Positions 44,646 through 53,652 of a stretch of DNA of 64,000 nucleotides are shown piece after piece. Position 1 is the first letter of the stretch; every line of letters begins with the position of its first letter. The notes beneath the pieces are model-generated. The model worked only from the letters and a program-made list of their open reading frames with translations, had not been told where the DNA came from and did no database searches. The stretch comes from a virus: IMG/VR virus record IMGVR_UViG_3300006033_000025, one strand, 5' to 3'. The position numbers and the translations under genes were made by a program.

Positions 44646-44878
44646 AGTGGTCCTGTCTTGGCTGGCGGGTTCGGGATGGTAGGACAGTTAGGCGGGTCAT
44701 ATTTCGGGAATGCACGCTTGCAGCACGGAACACAGACGTTGTTGACCATCAGTGTCGTGCCTTCGTGCTCGCCTGGGCCAGCTGGCCGCTCGTCGAGCAC
44801 GCGCTTGCATGTGTCGCAGATGCGTCTGGCGATCAGACCATCCGGTCTGTCTGAGATGCGAAGGATCTGGATGCTCAC
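44642..44878 (-). CDS. small zinc-finger-like protein
   Basis: CDTC...CVPCC; ATGA overlap. Confidence 0.55.
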   Translation of the reverse strand: MSIQILRISDRPDGLIARRICDTCKRVLDERPAGPGEHEGTTLMVNNVCVPCCKRAFPKYDPPNCPTIPNPPAKTGPL

Positions 44879-45315
44879 GAAGCCCTCTGCCGAGCGATCT
44901 CAGCGTCGATGCGCCGCTTCTTCGCTTCCAGTTCTCGGAGGTGCTCGGCCTTGCACTTCTCGGCGTAGCTGCGCATCGCCTCTTCGCGAACTGCGCGAAC
45001 TTCGGACGGCTTCACAGCCACCGGCTCCGTCGTGAGCACGCGGCGGATCTGCTTCACCTCGATGTGGTCGGCACGCAGCGTCGTCTCCAGGGCTGCCCGG
45101 CCTTCGATGCAGTAGATGGTGTCCTCATAGGTCACGTAGCCGTCGTCACGTCCCATGAAGGAACCGGAACTGACGTGCTTGACGCGCGCATCGACGAGGT
45201 ACAGCTCGGGCATGTCATCGTCGTACAGAGGCGGAAGCCCCTGGTTGACCAGATCACTGTTCGGCGGGACTTCGCCGACGCCACCATAGTTGATCCACTT
45301 CTGTTGACGGTTCAT
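44875..45315 (-). CDS. hypothetical protein
   Basis: 146 aa; ACGGAG SD just downstream of a terminator. Confidence 0.65.
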   Translation of the reverse strand: MNRQQKWINYGGVGEVPPNSDLVNQGLPPLYDDDMPELYLVDARVKHVSSGSFMGRDDGYVTYEDTIYCIEGRAALETTLRADHIEVKQIRRVLTTEPVAVKPSEVRAVREEAMRSYAEKCKAEHLRELEAKKRRIDAEIARQRAS

Positions 45316-45325
45316 GGTTGCTCCG

Positions 45326-45362
45326 TGGAAACGAAACAGCCGGCGTCTTGCGACGCCGGCTG
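45326..45362 (-). terminator. intrinsic terminator after DUF932-like gene
   Basis: 11-bp perfect stem CAGCCGGCGTC/GACGCCGGCTG (45337..45362), loop TTGC, followed on the minus strand by UUUCGUUUCC; also T-rich on the plus side. Confidence 0.65.
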
Positions 45363-45390
45363 TCTCTTGTGTTTACGAACAGCGTCGAGG

Positions 45391-46458
45391 TTACGACGCG
45401 ATGGCGAGCTGAAGGGCGCGCTCGGTGATGCGCTGGTTGCCGCCGAAGAGGCTGCTCTCCAGGCGCTTGGCACGCTCCAGCGTGACGCGCTCGTCCTGGC
45501 CGATCTTCTTGGTGTCCACGCCCTTGATTGCCGTGCGGCTCTCGTGGGTGAGGTACTGGGTGACCGCGTTGGCCGCAGCCCAGTAGCTGCCGCGCACGCT
45601 CTTCTCGGCATTGCCGTAGCCGACCTGGAACAGCTCGATGAGGCGTTCCTCACGGTTCTTCAGCTGCGTGCTGAAGGTATCGGCGTCGCCCTCGACATCG
45701 AAGACGCTGCGGAAGTAGTTCTTCAGGATGGTCTCGCTGCCGACCTGCTTGCGGGTCAGGACGCGGCTGGTGCTGACGAACTCGTTGAAGGTCTCACCGG
45801 CCCAGGTGAACAGGCTGCGGGTCGCTTCCAGGCGCTCCTGGAGATTCCTGGTGTGCTTGATCGAGCTGCTGGTCTCGCGCTTCTTGCCGTCGCGGCTGAT
45901 CGCAGCAGCGAAGGTGTTCTGGCAGATCACGCGGATGCTGGTCAGCATGACGCGCACAGCCAGGGAGCCGTCGTGGCCGTTGGCGAGCAGGAAGTAGGGC
46001 TGCACCGTATCACCTGGAGCGATCTCGGTCGCGCCCAGGCCGCCGTCCTTGTCGTTCAGCTTGCACTGGATGAAGATGCGCTTGCCGTCGCTGAACTGGC
46101 CAGCGCTCAGGAACTCCATGCGGCCGGTGTCGACGAGGCTGTCAGCGAAGCTGAATGCCTCGGCGTTCTGGAGCGGGGTGTAGCCGTCGCCCACCACGCC
46201 CAGCAGCGCGTTGGTGTCGCTGCGCAGCAGGGCCTTGTGCGTGGGGATCGCGATGCCGTCCTTGGTGAACAGCTCGTGCTGATCGACGCGCCAGTCGAGG
46301 TTGGACTTCTCCATGACCTCGGCAGCGGTGTGGGTGCCGCGCGCATCACGCGCGACGCCATTGAAGGGAGACTGCGGGCCGTTGGCGGCCATCGCGGAGG
46401 ACGCGCGGTCGTTCGCGACGACGTCGCGATCCGCGTGGTAGATCTTCATCTTGCTCAT
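45391..46458 (-). CDS. DUF932-like phage/plasmid-related protein
   Basis: N-terminal region LDWRVDQHELF...ALLRSDTNALLGVVGDGYTPLQNAEAFSFADSLVD matches my recollection of the DUF932 family. Confidence 0.7.
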   Translation of the reverse strand: MSKMKIYHADRDVVANDRASSAMAANGPQSPFNGVARDARGTHTAAEVMEKSNLDWRVDQHELFTKDGIAIPTHKALLRSDTNALLGVVGDGYTPLQNAEAFSFADSLVDTGRMEFLSAGQFSDGKRIFIQCKLNDKDGGLGATEIAPGDTVQPYFLLANGHDGSLAVRVMLTSIRVICQNTFAAAISRDGKKRETSSSIKHTRNLQERLEATRSLFTWAGETFNEFVSTSRVLTRKQVGSETILKNYFRSVFDVEGDADTFSTQLKNREERLIELFQVGYGNAEKSVRGSYWAAANAVTQYLTHESRTAIKGVDTKKIGQDERVTLERAKRLESSLFGGNQRITERALQLAIAS

Positions 46459-47099
46459 GTGGTTGGTGCTTCTTCCTCGATGCCGAGGACTGTGGTGTTG
46501 AGGCGGGAGGCGAACGCACCGACTTGGTCGCGTTCGTAGGCGATGATAGTCTTGTCGAAGACAGCATCGCTGTTGGCGAGGCTGACGACCATCTTGCGCG
46601 GCTGTGCCTTCATCAGGTACATGGCACGTTCGAGGATCGCAACCTTCTGCGCGTGGATGCGCTCAAGCGCGAGGTCCACGGTCTCACCGTACTTCTTCTC
46701 GTACTCAGCGACGGTGATCGTCTGAGCGAGGTCGTCAGGATCTTCACGGATCAGTCGGCGCCCGTCGGTCAGGAACAGAATCGAGGCGATGGGCGGGCAG
46801 AAGACGAAAACTTCGTCGAGGATGTCTTCGATTTTGAACGGAGCATTCTTCGACGGCTTCGGGCGCTTGGCATTCGAGTGAGCGACGAGTTCCTCGTAGC
46901 GGGCCTTCAGCTTCTTGTCGAGGCGGATCATGGTCATCAGCTGCGACGCCGACTTGGGCGTCAGGTTCGTCATAATGTCGATGGCCCGATCAGGATCATC
47001 GCGCATCAGAGCTTCAGCCATCTCTAGGGTGAAGAAGCCCTCGAAGGGCGGATCACCGGCAGTCACGACGCGGTTGGAAACGAGACGGAGAGCTTTCAT
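46455..47099 (-). CDS. hypothetical protein (possibly ParB-like partner of DUF932)
   Basis: 214 aa; AAAGG SD; ATGA overlap with DUF932-like gene; ParB-like call is weak. Confidence 0.65.
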   Translation of the reverse strand: MKALRLVSNRVVTAGDPPFEGFFTLEMAEALMRDDPDRAIDIMTNLTPKSASQLMTMIRLDKKLKARYEELVAHSNAKRPKPSKNAPFKIEDILDEVFVFCPPIASILFLTDGRRLIREDPDDLAQTITVAEYEKKYGETVDLALERIHAQKVAILERAMYLMKAQPRKMVVSLANSDAVFDKTIIAYERDQVGAFASRLNTTVLGIEEEAPTT

Positions 47100-47111
47100 G
47101 TGGCTACCTTT

Positions 47112-47699
47112 TCAGAAGCGGTTGGACCCGAGGACAGGGACGGACGGCCCCTGCTGCCCTTGGGTGTACACTCCATCATATGCAGCCGGCGGCGTGAGCG
47201 AGGTCAGGAGTGGCACGAAGCTCACCTGACCGATGCGCATGCCAGCGTAGAGCTTGACAGACATCTGCACGGCGATTTCCAGGGTGAAATACCCATGGAA
47301 GCCGTAGTCGCCATAGCCTGCCGTCATGTGCGACTGGATGCCGAGGCGACCGACCGTGCTGCGACCGTCGTAGAGCTGCGTCACGTAAACCGGATAGCCG
47401 GTGAACATGAACGAGTTCCGCGTGTCGAAGCGCTCGCGAACGCTGCCGAGCATGAAAGAGCCAGGGTGAACCACCAAGCCGTCGACGTTGAACTGCACGG
47501 CGGTGAAGCTATCGGGGTCACGCGGGTCGAGGAAGGCATTGCCCCTCGGCTGCAAGACCGTGACGATGTCACCGAGCGTCACGTCGATGCTGTGTGGATT
47601 GATCTTGAGGTCCGAGCTGGCGACTGGCTTGTCTTGACGGAAAGCCTTCCAGACGCCAGTGTCGAACTGGCGTTTGATCAGATCTGCTGCTACAAGCAT
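47112..47699 (-). CDS. dcd: dCTP deaminase family protein
   Basis: SIDVTLGD and GYGDYGFHGYFTLEIAVQMSVKLYAGMRIGQVSF match the dCTP deaminase/dUTPase-fold motifs. Confidence 0.75.
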   Translation of the reverse strand: MLVAADLIKRQFDTGVWKAFRQDKPVASSDLKINPHSIDVTLGDIVTVLQPRGNAFLDPRDPDSFTAVQFNVDGLVVHPGSFMLGSVRERFDTRNSFMFTGYPVYVTQLYDGRSTVGRLGIQSHMTAGYGDYGFHGYFTLEIAVQMSVKLYAGMRIGQVSFVPLLTSLTPPAAYDGVYTQGQQGPSVPVLGSNRF

Positions 47700-48440
47700 T
47701 TATTCTCCGGTGTTTTCTGATTCGACAATGAAGACACGGATGCTGTGCGTTCCGTACTTCTGTGCCCAACCAGTGGTTCGGAATCGGAGGTCGATGTGAA
47801 CGACTCCTTTATTCCGGGTGTTGCGACTGATGGTCGAGCCTGTGTCATCGACAGTGAACACGCGGTTTGTACGCGTGCTAAGGTATCCGCTTTCAACAGG
47901 GACGATCATCTTGGTGCCGTAGCGCCAACGGGGCTTGCCACGCGTGTGCGGGACTGCGATTCCGTACGGCTCTTCGAGCACATTGGTTTCACCATCAGCG
48001 GTGATCCAACGCCACTTACCTTTCGTGGCGTGGTAGTTGCCGTCGATGGGATCATGCGGGCTGTAGCCTGTGGCGACAACATCGACCCAGCGGCCGATGT
48101 AGCCGTCATAGACCTCCTGGCCGGGCTTCAGAACAGGAGCCGGTGCAGCCGGCGGTGCCTCGACAACCGGCGTGTGCACCATCGCGTAGAGCGCTGCTGC
48201 ATCGACTGCCGGCAGCGGGGCCGGCTCCTGCTTCTTGACAGCTGCAACGATCACCGGCGCCGGCTCGGGCCGGGCGAAGCGATCGAGGAAGAAGAAGGTA
48301 GTGGCTGCCACGGCCAGGGCCGCGATCAGCCATGCAGTTGCACGCAGGTAGTCGAAAGAAAACCCCCGAGCCTGCACTCGGGGGTATTCAGTGCTGGTGG
48401 CGCCAGCTAAGAGCCCGACGAAGGAACTCGCTCGTATCAT
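47700..48440 (-). CDS. 3D-domain cell-wall hydrolase (MltA-like) with N-terminal membrane anchor
   Basis: TM segment WLIAALAVAATTFFFL; C-terminal ATGYSPHDPIDG...GIAVPH...YGTKMIVPV...TVDDTGSTI...GVVHIDLRF matches the 3D domain. Confidence 0.7.
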   Translation of the reverse strand: MIRASSFVGLLAGATSTEYPRVQARGFSFDYLRATAWLIAALAVAATTFFFLDRFARPEPAPVIVAAVKKQEPAPLPAVDAAALYAMVHTPVVEAPPAAPAPVLKPGQEVYDGYIGRWVDVVATGYSPHDPIDGNYHATKGKWRWITADGETNVLEEPYGIAVPHTRGKPRWRYGTKMIVPVESGYLSTRTNRVFTVDDTGSTISRNTRNKGVVHIDLRFRTTGWAQKYGTHSIRVFIVESENTGE

Positions 48441-48470
48441 GGGGTATTCCAGGGTGAGTCAACGAAAGAA

Positions 48471-48520
48471 GGTGACAGGAGAGGGCAGGAGCTGGCAGGA
48501 GAGGACTGGAGCTGACAGGA
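48471..48520. repeat. array of five phased 10-bp repeats (GGTGACAGGA GAGGGCAGGA GCTGGCAGGA GAGGACTGGA GCTGACAGGA)
   Basis: NNNGRCWGGA core every 10 bp in the intergenic region upstream of the 3D-domain gene. Confidence 0.65.
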
Positions 48521-48587
48521 GGGGCTGGCCGGCGGGACGACTATTCTTGACTTGTGACGTCCGAATGGAAGTCCCGCCTACCCCTTG

Positions 48588-49532
48588 TTACTTCAGGTGT
48601 TGCGACAGGCAGGCCATGGCCGCGATTTGGCCGAGCACTGGATCGGCGTCGCCGAGATCCTTGCGGATCTGCCGGGCCTTGGCGCAGGCAGCGTCGAAGG
48701 CCGCCATGCGCTCCTTCTGCTCCTGCTCGATCTGCTTCAGGCAGCCGTCGATGCCGAGGATCTTGGTGACCTTGGCGAAGAGCGCGTCGCCGCCCATGGT
48801 GCTGGAGCAGTAGCCGATGTCCTTGAACTGCTCTACGCGATCAGGGTGCACGCCACCGTAGACGAGCGCCTCATAGGCCGCGATGTGTGGCGAGAGGTTC
48901 ATGCCACAGCCGAACAGGTGGACGAAGTTATCGTCGCTCTCGTACTTGCCACCGTCGAGGAAGCGGCCGGTGCCGAGGCCAGCCTCTTCGGCTGCATCCT
49001 CATCGAAGCGCCGGTAGATCCAGACCGTGTTCCACATGCACTCGTTGGTCTCGGGGCCACGACGATAGCAGCGCTTCAGCTCGTCGTGGTAGTCGTCGGC
49101 CTCCCGCTGTGCCTTCTCCAGCTCAGCGAGCTTGGCCTTGGCTGCCTCCAGCTCGATGGCCTTCTCAGCTTCGGGCATGGTCGGGTGGTCTTCGATCTCG
49201 GTGATGATGTCTTCCTGCTCGCCGACGGCGTCGTCAGCCTCGTCGAGCTTCTCCTTGGCAGCTTCGATGGCATCTTCCATGCGATCAGCGCGGATCTCAG
49301 GACCGTCGTCGGGCTTGTAGTAGGCGCCAAGCTCGTAGTCCTCGCCGTAGGACATGTCGCTGATGTCGACTGCCGTGATGTCCATCTCGCACACCTTGAT
49401 AAGGGCGCGGAAGTTGAACTTGTTGTGCTCCTTCAGTACTTTGAAGAAGTCGTCAACGATCTCGCGCATCGCCGGCGTATGGGCGAGATTACGGATGTGA
49501 TCGTGGTCGTTTTCAATCTGGCTCTGGGGCAT
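48588..49532 (-). CDS. hypothetical acidic protein
   Basis: ATG at 49532 has AGGAAGAAG SD (MPQSQIENDHDH...); track start 49544 lacks SD. Confidence 0.7.
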   Translation of the reverse strand: MPQSQIENDHDHIRNLAHTPAMREIVDDFFKVLKEHNKFNFRALIKVCEMDITAVDISDMSYGEDYELGAYYKPDDGPEIRADRMEDAIEAAKEKLDEADDAVGEQEDIITEIEDHPTMPEAEKAIELEAAKAKLAELEKAQREADDYHDELKRCYRRGPETNECMWNTVWIYRRFDEDAAEEAGLGTGRFLDGGKYESDDNFVHLFGCGMNLSPHIAAYEALVYGGVHPDRVEQFKDIGYCSSTMGGDALFAKVTKILGIDGCLKQIEQEQKERMAAFDAACAKARQIRKDLGDADPVLGQIAAMACLSQHLK

Positions 49533-50337
49533 CTTCTTCCTCATCTGCTTTGAGCAGGCCGAGTTCTTTCAGGAGGGGACGTACTTCCTCTTCGCTCGGG
49601 TAAAGCTCTTCTATCGTACTGTTGTTGCCATCTTCGATGAGTGCAGTGTACAGTTGACTCGCCCAGTCTTCGGGCGGATTGTCGATGAGTAAGTTGCGGC
49701 AGATGTAAGGTAGGTGTTTGAGGCTCAGCTCTTCAGCGAGTTCTGAGCAGTCTGCGTCGTCTGCGATCCCGTAGTCACGGAGACCGTCGAACCAGCCTTT
49801 GATGAAGCGGAAGATGCGCGTCGGCTTGCGTGGCGTCTCAGCGAGGGCCTCGCGACGTTCGCGAACCTGTGTCACAAGCGAATGCAGCTCGTTCCAGACG
49901 GTGCTCTGGGATTCGAGGACGATGGTCTCCATCGCCCGGTCGTCTGAGCTGCTGGTGCTTTCGAGCGTCTCGATGAGGCGGTCGAGCACCTCGATCTGCT
50001 TCACGATCTCAGGATCGACATCCTCGACGGCACGGAATGACAGGTGGTCGACCCAGCCGCACGCCCAGTGGCTGCATCCAGTGATCCTCCAGTCGTCCTT
50101 GAGCGTCGGGTCGCTTTCCAGCTTCTTGATGAGCACACGGGCGTTCGACTGCTGGATGCATTCGGAATCCCGTGTGCGGATCACCGGGCCGAGTGCCCAG
50201 GTGTCGAACATCTTCTCTTCGCCACGCGACTTGAAGTAGGCGAAGTTACTCGGTTCCTTGAGCGCTTCCTTGATGTCCTTTTCCGTGATGTCGACGTTTT
50301 TGTCGTCGAGCAGCTCGGGTTCGGTTGTTTCAGGCAT
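49513..50337 (-). CDS. hypothetical acidic protein (lower-GC gene)
   Basis: 274 aa; region visibly AT-richer than flanks. Confidence 0.65.
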   Translation of the reverse strand: MPETTEPELLDDKNVDITEKDIKEALKEPSNFAYFKSRGEEKMFDTWALGPVIRTRDSECIQQSNARVLIKKLESDPTLKDDWRITGCSHWACGWVDHLSFRAVEDVDPEIVKQIEVLDRLIETLESTSSSDDRAMETIVLESQSTVWNELHSLVTQVRERREALAETPRKPTRIFRFIKGWFDGLRDYGIADDADCSELAEELSLKHLPYICRNLLIDNPPEDWASQLYTALIEDGNNSTIEELYPSEEEVRPLLKELGLLKADEEEDAPEPD

Positions 50338-50557
50338 TCTTGTCTTTCTGCGATGCGCGATGTGCGAGGATCACACGATGCCCTTCAGCTGAGACCATGC
50401 AGCGGATCTTGTCGTCCACTGAGAGGCGTTCGCGCAGCTTGTTGGCGTAGTCGTATGCCTCCTTAGGTGAGTCGAAGTGGAACACCTCACGACCGTTCTT
50501 CAGGTAACTGAAGAGACAGTCGATGCGGGAGTAGGCGCCGGCAACGGCAGATCCCAT
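50330..50557 (-). CDS. hypothetical small protein
   Basis: 75 aa. Confidence 0.45.
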   Translation of the reverse strand: MGSAVAGAYSRIDCLFSYLKNGREVFHFDSPKEAYDYANKLRERLSVDDKIRCMVSAEGHRVILAHRASQKDKNA

Positions 50558-51093
50558 GGTTTGTCCTTGATGCAGTAGCGGGCAGCTCCGAAGCAGCTGC
50601 CAGCCCGTTTCTTCTCGTACATGCGCTTGAACAGGTCAGCCCCATAGTCGCGCACGACGGTTGAGTTGCACGTGTTGTGTCCGTCGCTCTTAGCCCATGC
50701 GAGATGCACGGGTTCAGGAACGACCTCGAAGTGTTTGTCCAACCACGTGCGAAGGTTGGTGAACGACCCGAGTTGCTTGATGAGGTCAATCTCAGCGGTG
50801 GTGTGTGGCAAGCCGTCACCGCCGAGCGAACCGCTGGCAGAGAGCTTGATACCTCCGACGCGAGCATGGCCCATCATCCAGTGACCGAGTTGGTGCAGCG
50901 GGACATACCGTACAGTGGCGTAAATCTGGGTGTAGAACGGTTCAGTGCTGGCCATGTCGACATAATCGGCCGGCTTCTCGTTGAAGAGCCAGCTATCCTT
51001 GTAGATCGAGAGCCAGTACATGAAGAAGCCGCGAGCGACCTGTTCGCTGTCGCGGTTGTAGCCCGACCAGAATCTGGTCTTCGAGATGAACAT
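50500..51093 (-). CDS. hypothetical protein with HQLGHWMMGH metal-binding-like motif
   Basis: 197 aa; leader CACGAAAAGCAAGGAAAC upstream of ATG. Confidence 0.6.
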   Translation of the reverse strand: MFISKTRFWSGYNRDSEQVARGFFMYWLSIYKDSWLFNEKPADYVDMASTEPFYTQIYATVRYVPLHQLGHWMMGHARVGGIKLSASGSLGGDGLPHTTAEIDLIKQLGSFTNLRTWLDKHFEVVPEPVHLAWAKSDGHNTCNSTVVRDYGADLFKRMYEKKRAGSCFGAARYCIKDKPWDLPLPAPTPASTVSSVT

Positions 51094-51161
51094 GAAGCGT
51101 TTCCTTGCTTTTCGTGAGTGTTAGGGGACCATTCAGGGGACAACCCAACCCTGGAGATCCC

Positions 51162-51932
51162 ATGCGGTACGTCTTCCTGCTGTTCCTGGCGTGTGCCGCG
51201 TTCGCGGCCGAGGCCAATCCCTTCACCGTGCCGGCAGCGCCGGCTCCTGTGGTCGCAGCGCCTGCGGCGCCGGCTCCGGTGGCAGCGGCTCCGGCCGTTG
51301 TCTCTAGTGAACCGGCTGTCCACCCCACACAACCGGCCTCGCCTGTAGCTGGCACGACACAAGAGGCGCCCAAGACGTGGTGGACCGAGATCATCGTCAT
51401 GCTGGCGGGCCTCGCGGCTGTCTGGCTGCGCAAGAAGATCAACGACTACACCAGTGCGCAGATCACCAAGGCCGAGGCCGAGGCCGAGGTTGCCGGCATC
51501 GACGCCAAGCAGCGGCTTGTTGCGCGTGCGAAGACATATGTCTGGCGGTGCGTCGAGAACTACAACCAGAAGTACCTGCCTGAGCTGTGTGAGGCCATCG
51601 CTCGTGGTCAGGTGAAGGACATCACGACCGTGAAGGAGCGCCTGAAGGGGCTCGGAACCATGCTGCTGAACGACGTGGTGGTGTACTTCAAGGGCCAGGA
51701 CATCGACCTCATCAAAGAGGTCGGCGAGGACCAGATCATGAGCTGGATCCGCAGCGCTGTCGACGAGATGAGCCCGTTCCAGAAGTACCCGACTGCCAAG
51801 GCCCTGGTCGAGGGCGGCGCTGAGATGGCCGTGAAGTACGGCCTGAACGTTGGTGCGAAGAAGTTCACGGAGTACCTGGAGAAGCAGGCCGAGGCCGAGA
51901 TCCAGTCGAAGCTCAGCGCGAAGGCGGGGTAA
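51162..51932 (+). CDS. secreted/membrane protein (signal peptide, Ala/Pro-rich linker, TM helix); first gene of putative lysis cassette
   Basis: ATG 51162 with GGAG SD; MRYVFLLFLACAAFAAEA signal-like; APAPVVAAPAAPAP linker; WWTEIIVMLAGLAAVWL TM. Confidence 0.65.
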   Translation: MRYVFLLFLACAAFAAEANPFTVPAAPAPVVAAPAAPAPVAAAPAVVSSEPAVHPTQPASPVAGTTQEAPKTWWTEIIVMLAGLAAVWLRKKINDYTSAQITKAEAEAEVAGIDAKQRLVARAKTYVWRCVENYNQKYLPELCEAIARGQVKDITTVKERLKGLGTMLLNDVVVYFKGQDIDLIKEVGEDQIMSWIRSAVDEMSPFQKYPTAKALVEGGAEMAVKYGLNVGAKKFTEYLEKQAEAEIQSKLSAKAG

Positions 51933-51935
51933 GCC

Positions 51936-52172
51936 ATGACGTTCCTGCTGACCCTCTTCGGACCCATCGTGAAGTCGCTCCTGGAGCTGCTCGTCGGCAA
52001 GACCGTCGATGGCGTCAAGGAGCGCAATGCCGTGAAGGCAGAGACGAAGGCGCTCGAAGCGAAGATGCGCTCGATCGCTGAGGACGCTGAAGCTCAGCGT
52101 CGCATTCACGAGGCCATGCGCCTCGGGCACGACGTGTCGTCGCCCGCTGCCTGGAACGCGGTGACCAAGTGA
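51936..52172 (+). CDS. small membrane protein (holin/antiholin-like candidate)
   Basis: 78 aa with hydrophobic N-terminus MTFLLTLFGPIVKSLLELLVG. Confidence 0.55.
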   Translation: MTFLLTLFGPIVKSLLELLVGKTVDGVKERNAVKAETKALEAKMRSIAEDAEAQRRIHEAMRLGHDVSSPAAWNAVTK

Positions 52173-52543
52173 AGATCCCCGGCATCAACCTGAACCTCGC
52201 CAAGATGCCGGCGGCTGCCTGGATCATCATCTCGGTCGGGCTCCTGTTCGTGCTGACGGCGATCAGCCTGAAGATCCTGATCAGCGACAACATCGCCATC
52301 GGCTCCGATGGCATGTCGCTCCAGGATCTCTCGACTGCGGACGGCGAGACGCTCACGCGTCCTGACGTCATTGAAGGCGTCGAGACCGAACTGGCCAAGG
52401 CCAAGGATCCAGAGGTGATCGAGCAGCTGACCGAGATCCGGTCGAAGCAGCACCAGCAGATCCAGCAACAGCAACAGCAAGGCGTCCAGCAGCAACAGCA
52501 GCAAGCTGCCCCGCACTGGGCTCCCACGAAAGGACACCGATGA
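52169..52543 (+). CDS. i-spanin-like protein (N-terminal TM, periplasmic coiled-coil, Gln-rich)
   Basis: GTG start in GTGA overlap; TM AAWIIISVGLLFVLTAISL; followed by lipoprotein gene. Confidence 0.55.
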   Translation: MKIPGINLNLAKMPAAAWIIISVGLLFVLTAISLKILISDNIAIGSDGMSLQDLSTADGETLTRPDVIEGVETELAKAKDPEVIEQLTEIRSKQHQQIQQQQQQGVQQQQQQAAPHWAPTKGHR

Positions 52544-52896
52544 AATACCTCGTGCTCCTGCTCGCCATCCTGCTCAGCGGATGCTGCGAGAACCGCATGG
52601 TCTACGAGCGCCTGCCGATGGTTCCGATGCCTGAGATTCCGGTCATGCTGCCGGATGACAAGACAGCGGCTACCTGGGAGGCAAACTACGTGAAGGCCGC
52701 GACGTTCGGGCTGAAGCTGTACCTTGGTGTACGCGAGCACGCCAAGATCTGCATCGAGCGCAACGTGGCACGGGGAACGATGACCCGCAAGGAAGCCGAA
52801 GTAGCTTGGGCCGAGTACCGACTCGAAGGCACACTGGCCCCGGATGATGAGCTGAAGAAACGGTATCCAGAGCAGCCGCCCGACGTAAAGGAATAG
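52540..52896 (+). CDS. o-spanin-like outer-membrane lipoprotein
   Basis: lipobox LLSGC at residues 12-16 after signal peptide; AAAGGA SD; ATGA overlap with preceding gene. Confidence 0.6.
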   Translation: MKYLVLLLAILLSGCCENRMVYERLPMVPMPEIPVMLPDDKTAATWEANYVKAATFGLKLYLGVREHAKICIERNVARGTMTRKEAEVAWAEYRLEGTLAPDDELKKRYPEQPPDVKE

Positions 52897-52910
52897 CGTG
52901 CGTCTGACAC

Positions 52911-52951
52911 CGGAGCCGGCAGCGATCGCTGCCGGCTCCGTTGTTTTTCAG
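52911..52951 (+). terminator. intrinsic terminator at convergent junction
   Basis: perfect 30-nt palindrome CGGAGCCGGCAGCGA/TCGCTGCCGGCTCCG followed by TTGTTTTTCAG. Confidence 0.75.
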
Positions 52952-53652
52952 ATGTGGTAGTCGACGACGATGGCGTAGGCGTTCGGGTTCTTAGCCAAGT
53001 AGTCGACACAGAGCGCGATGTACTTAGTGTCCCAGTCGTCGCTCTCGTTCGAGACGCACCCAAACCAGCCGAGCTGTCCACGCTCGTGCCATTCACCACT
53101 CGTCATGAGGGCGAAGGTCCGTGCGTCCGGCTTGCCTTCTTCGTCCACTGCGGTCTTGATCCATTCGATGATCTCAGACAGCGGCGCCTCATTACGCTCT
53201 CCGGGGAGCATCTTGTCCCAGCGACCACCGACCGAGTACCAGTCCCACTTGGACTTCGGGTTGCTGGTCGAGATGACCGTCCCGCTTCCCTTGCAGTCCT
53301 CGCATGTCGGATCGACCTTGTCGAACAGCGGGTGTGCCTTCTCGGCTTCGCGCTGCCGTGCATCGCTCTCGTCGCAGATTTTCTTCCAGTCGCGACGCTG
53401 CTCCTTCGACTGTTCGAATGGCCGGACATCCGGGTACTTGGCGTGGTATGCGGCACGCTGAAGCTCGAACACCGGCTTCTCAGCAGCGTGTGCCTCGTTT
53501 GAAGCGATGCGACCGACACAGAAGCACTTCTCTGTGTACGGCGCGACTTCCTTGTCTTCGTTGTACGGCTCCATGGCGACGCTGAGCAGATCGTCGACAT
53601 CATCGGGTTTCTGTGGGGTGAGAACGAGTACGGTAGCGTGCGACATGGTCAT
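52948..53652 (-). CDS. hypothetical protein
   Basis: ATG 53652 (or 53646) after junk R-rich track N-terminus; MTMSHATVLVLTPQKPDD... Confidence 0.65.
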   Translation of the reverse strand: MTMSHATVLVLTPQKPDDVDDLLSVAMEPYNEDKEVAPYTEKCFCVGRIASNEAHAAEKPVFELQRAAYHAKYPDVRPFEQSKEQRRDWKKICDESDARQREAEKAHPLFDKVDPTCEDCKGSGTVISTSNPKSKWDWYSVGGRWDKMLPGERNEAPLSEIIEWIKTAVDEEGKPDARTFALMTSGEWHERGQLGWFGCVSNESDDWDTKYIALCVDYLAKNPNAYAIVVDYHI

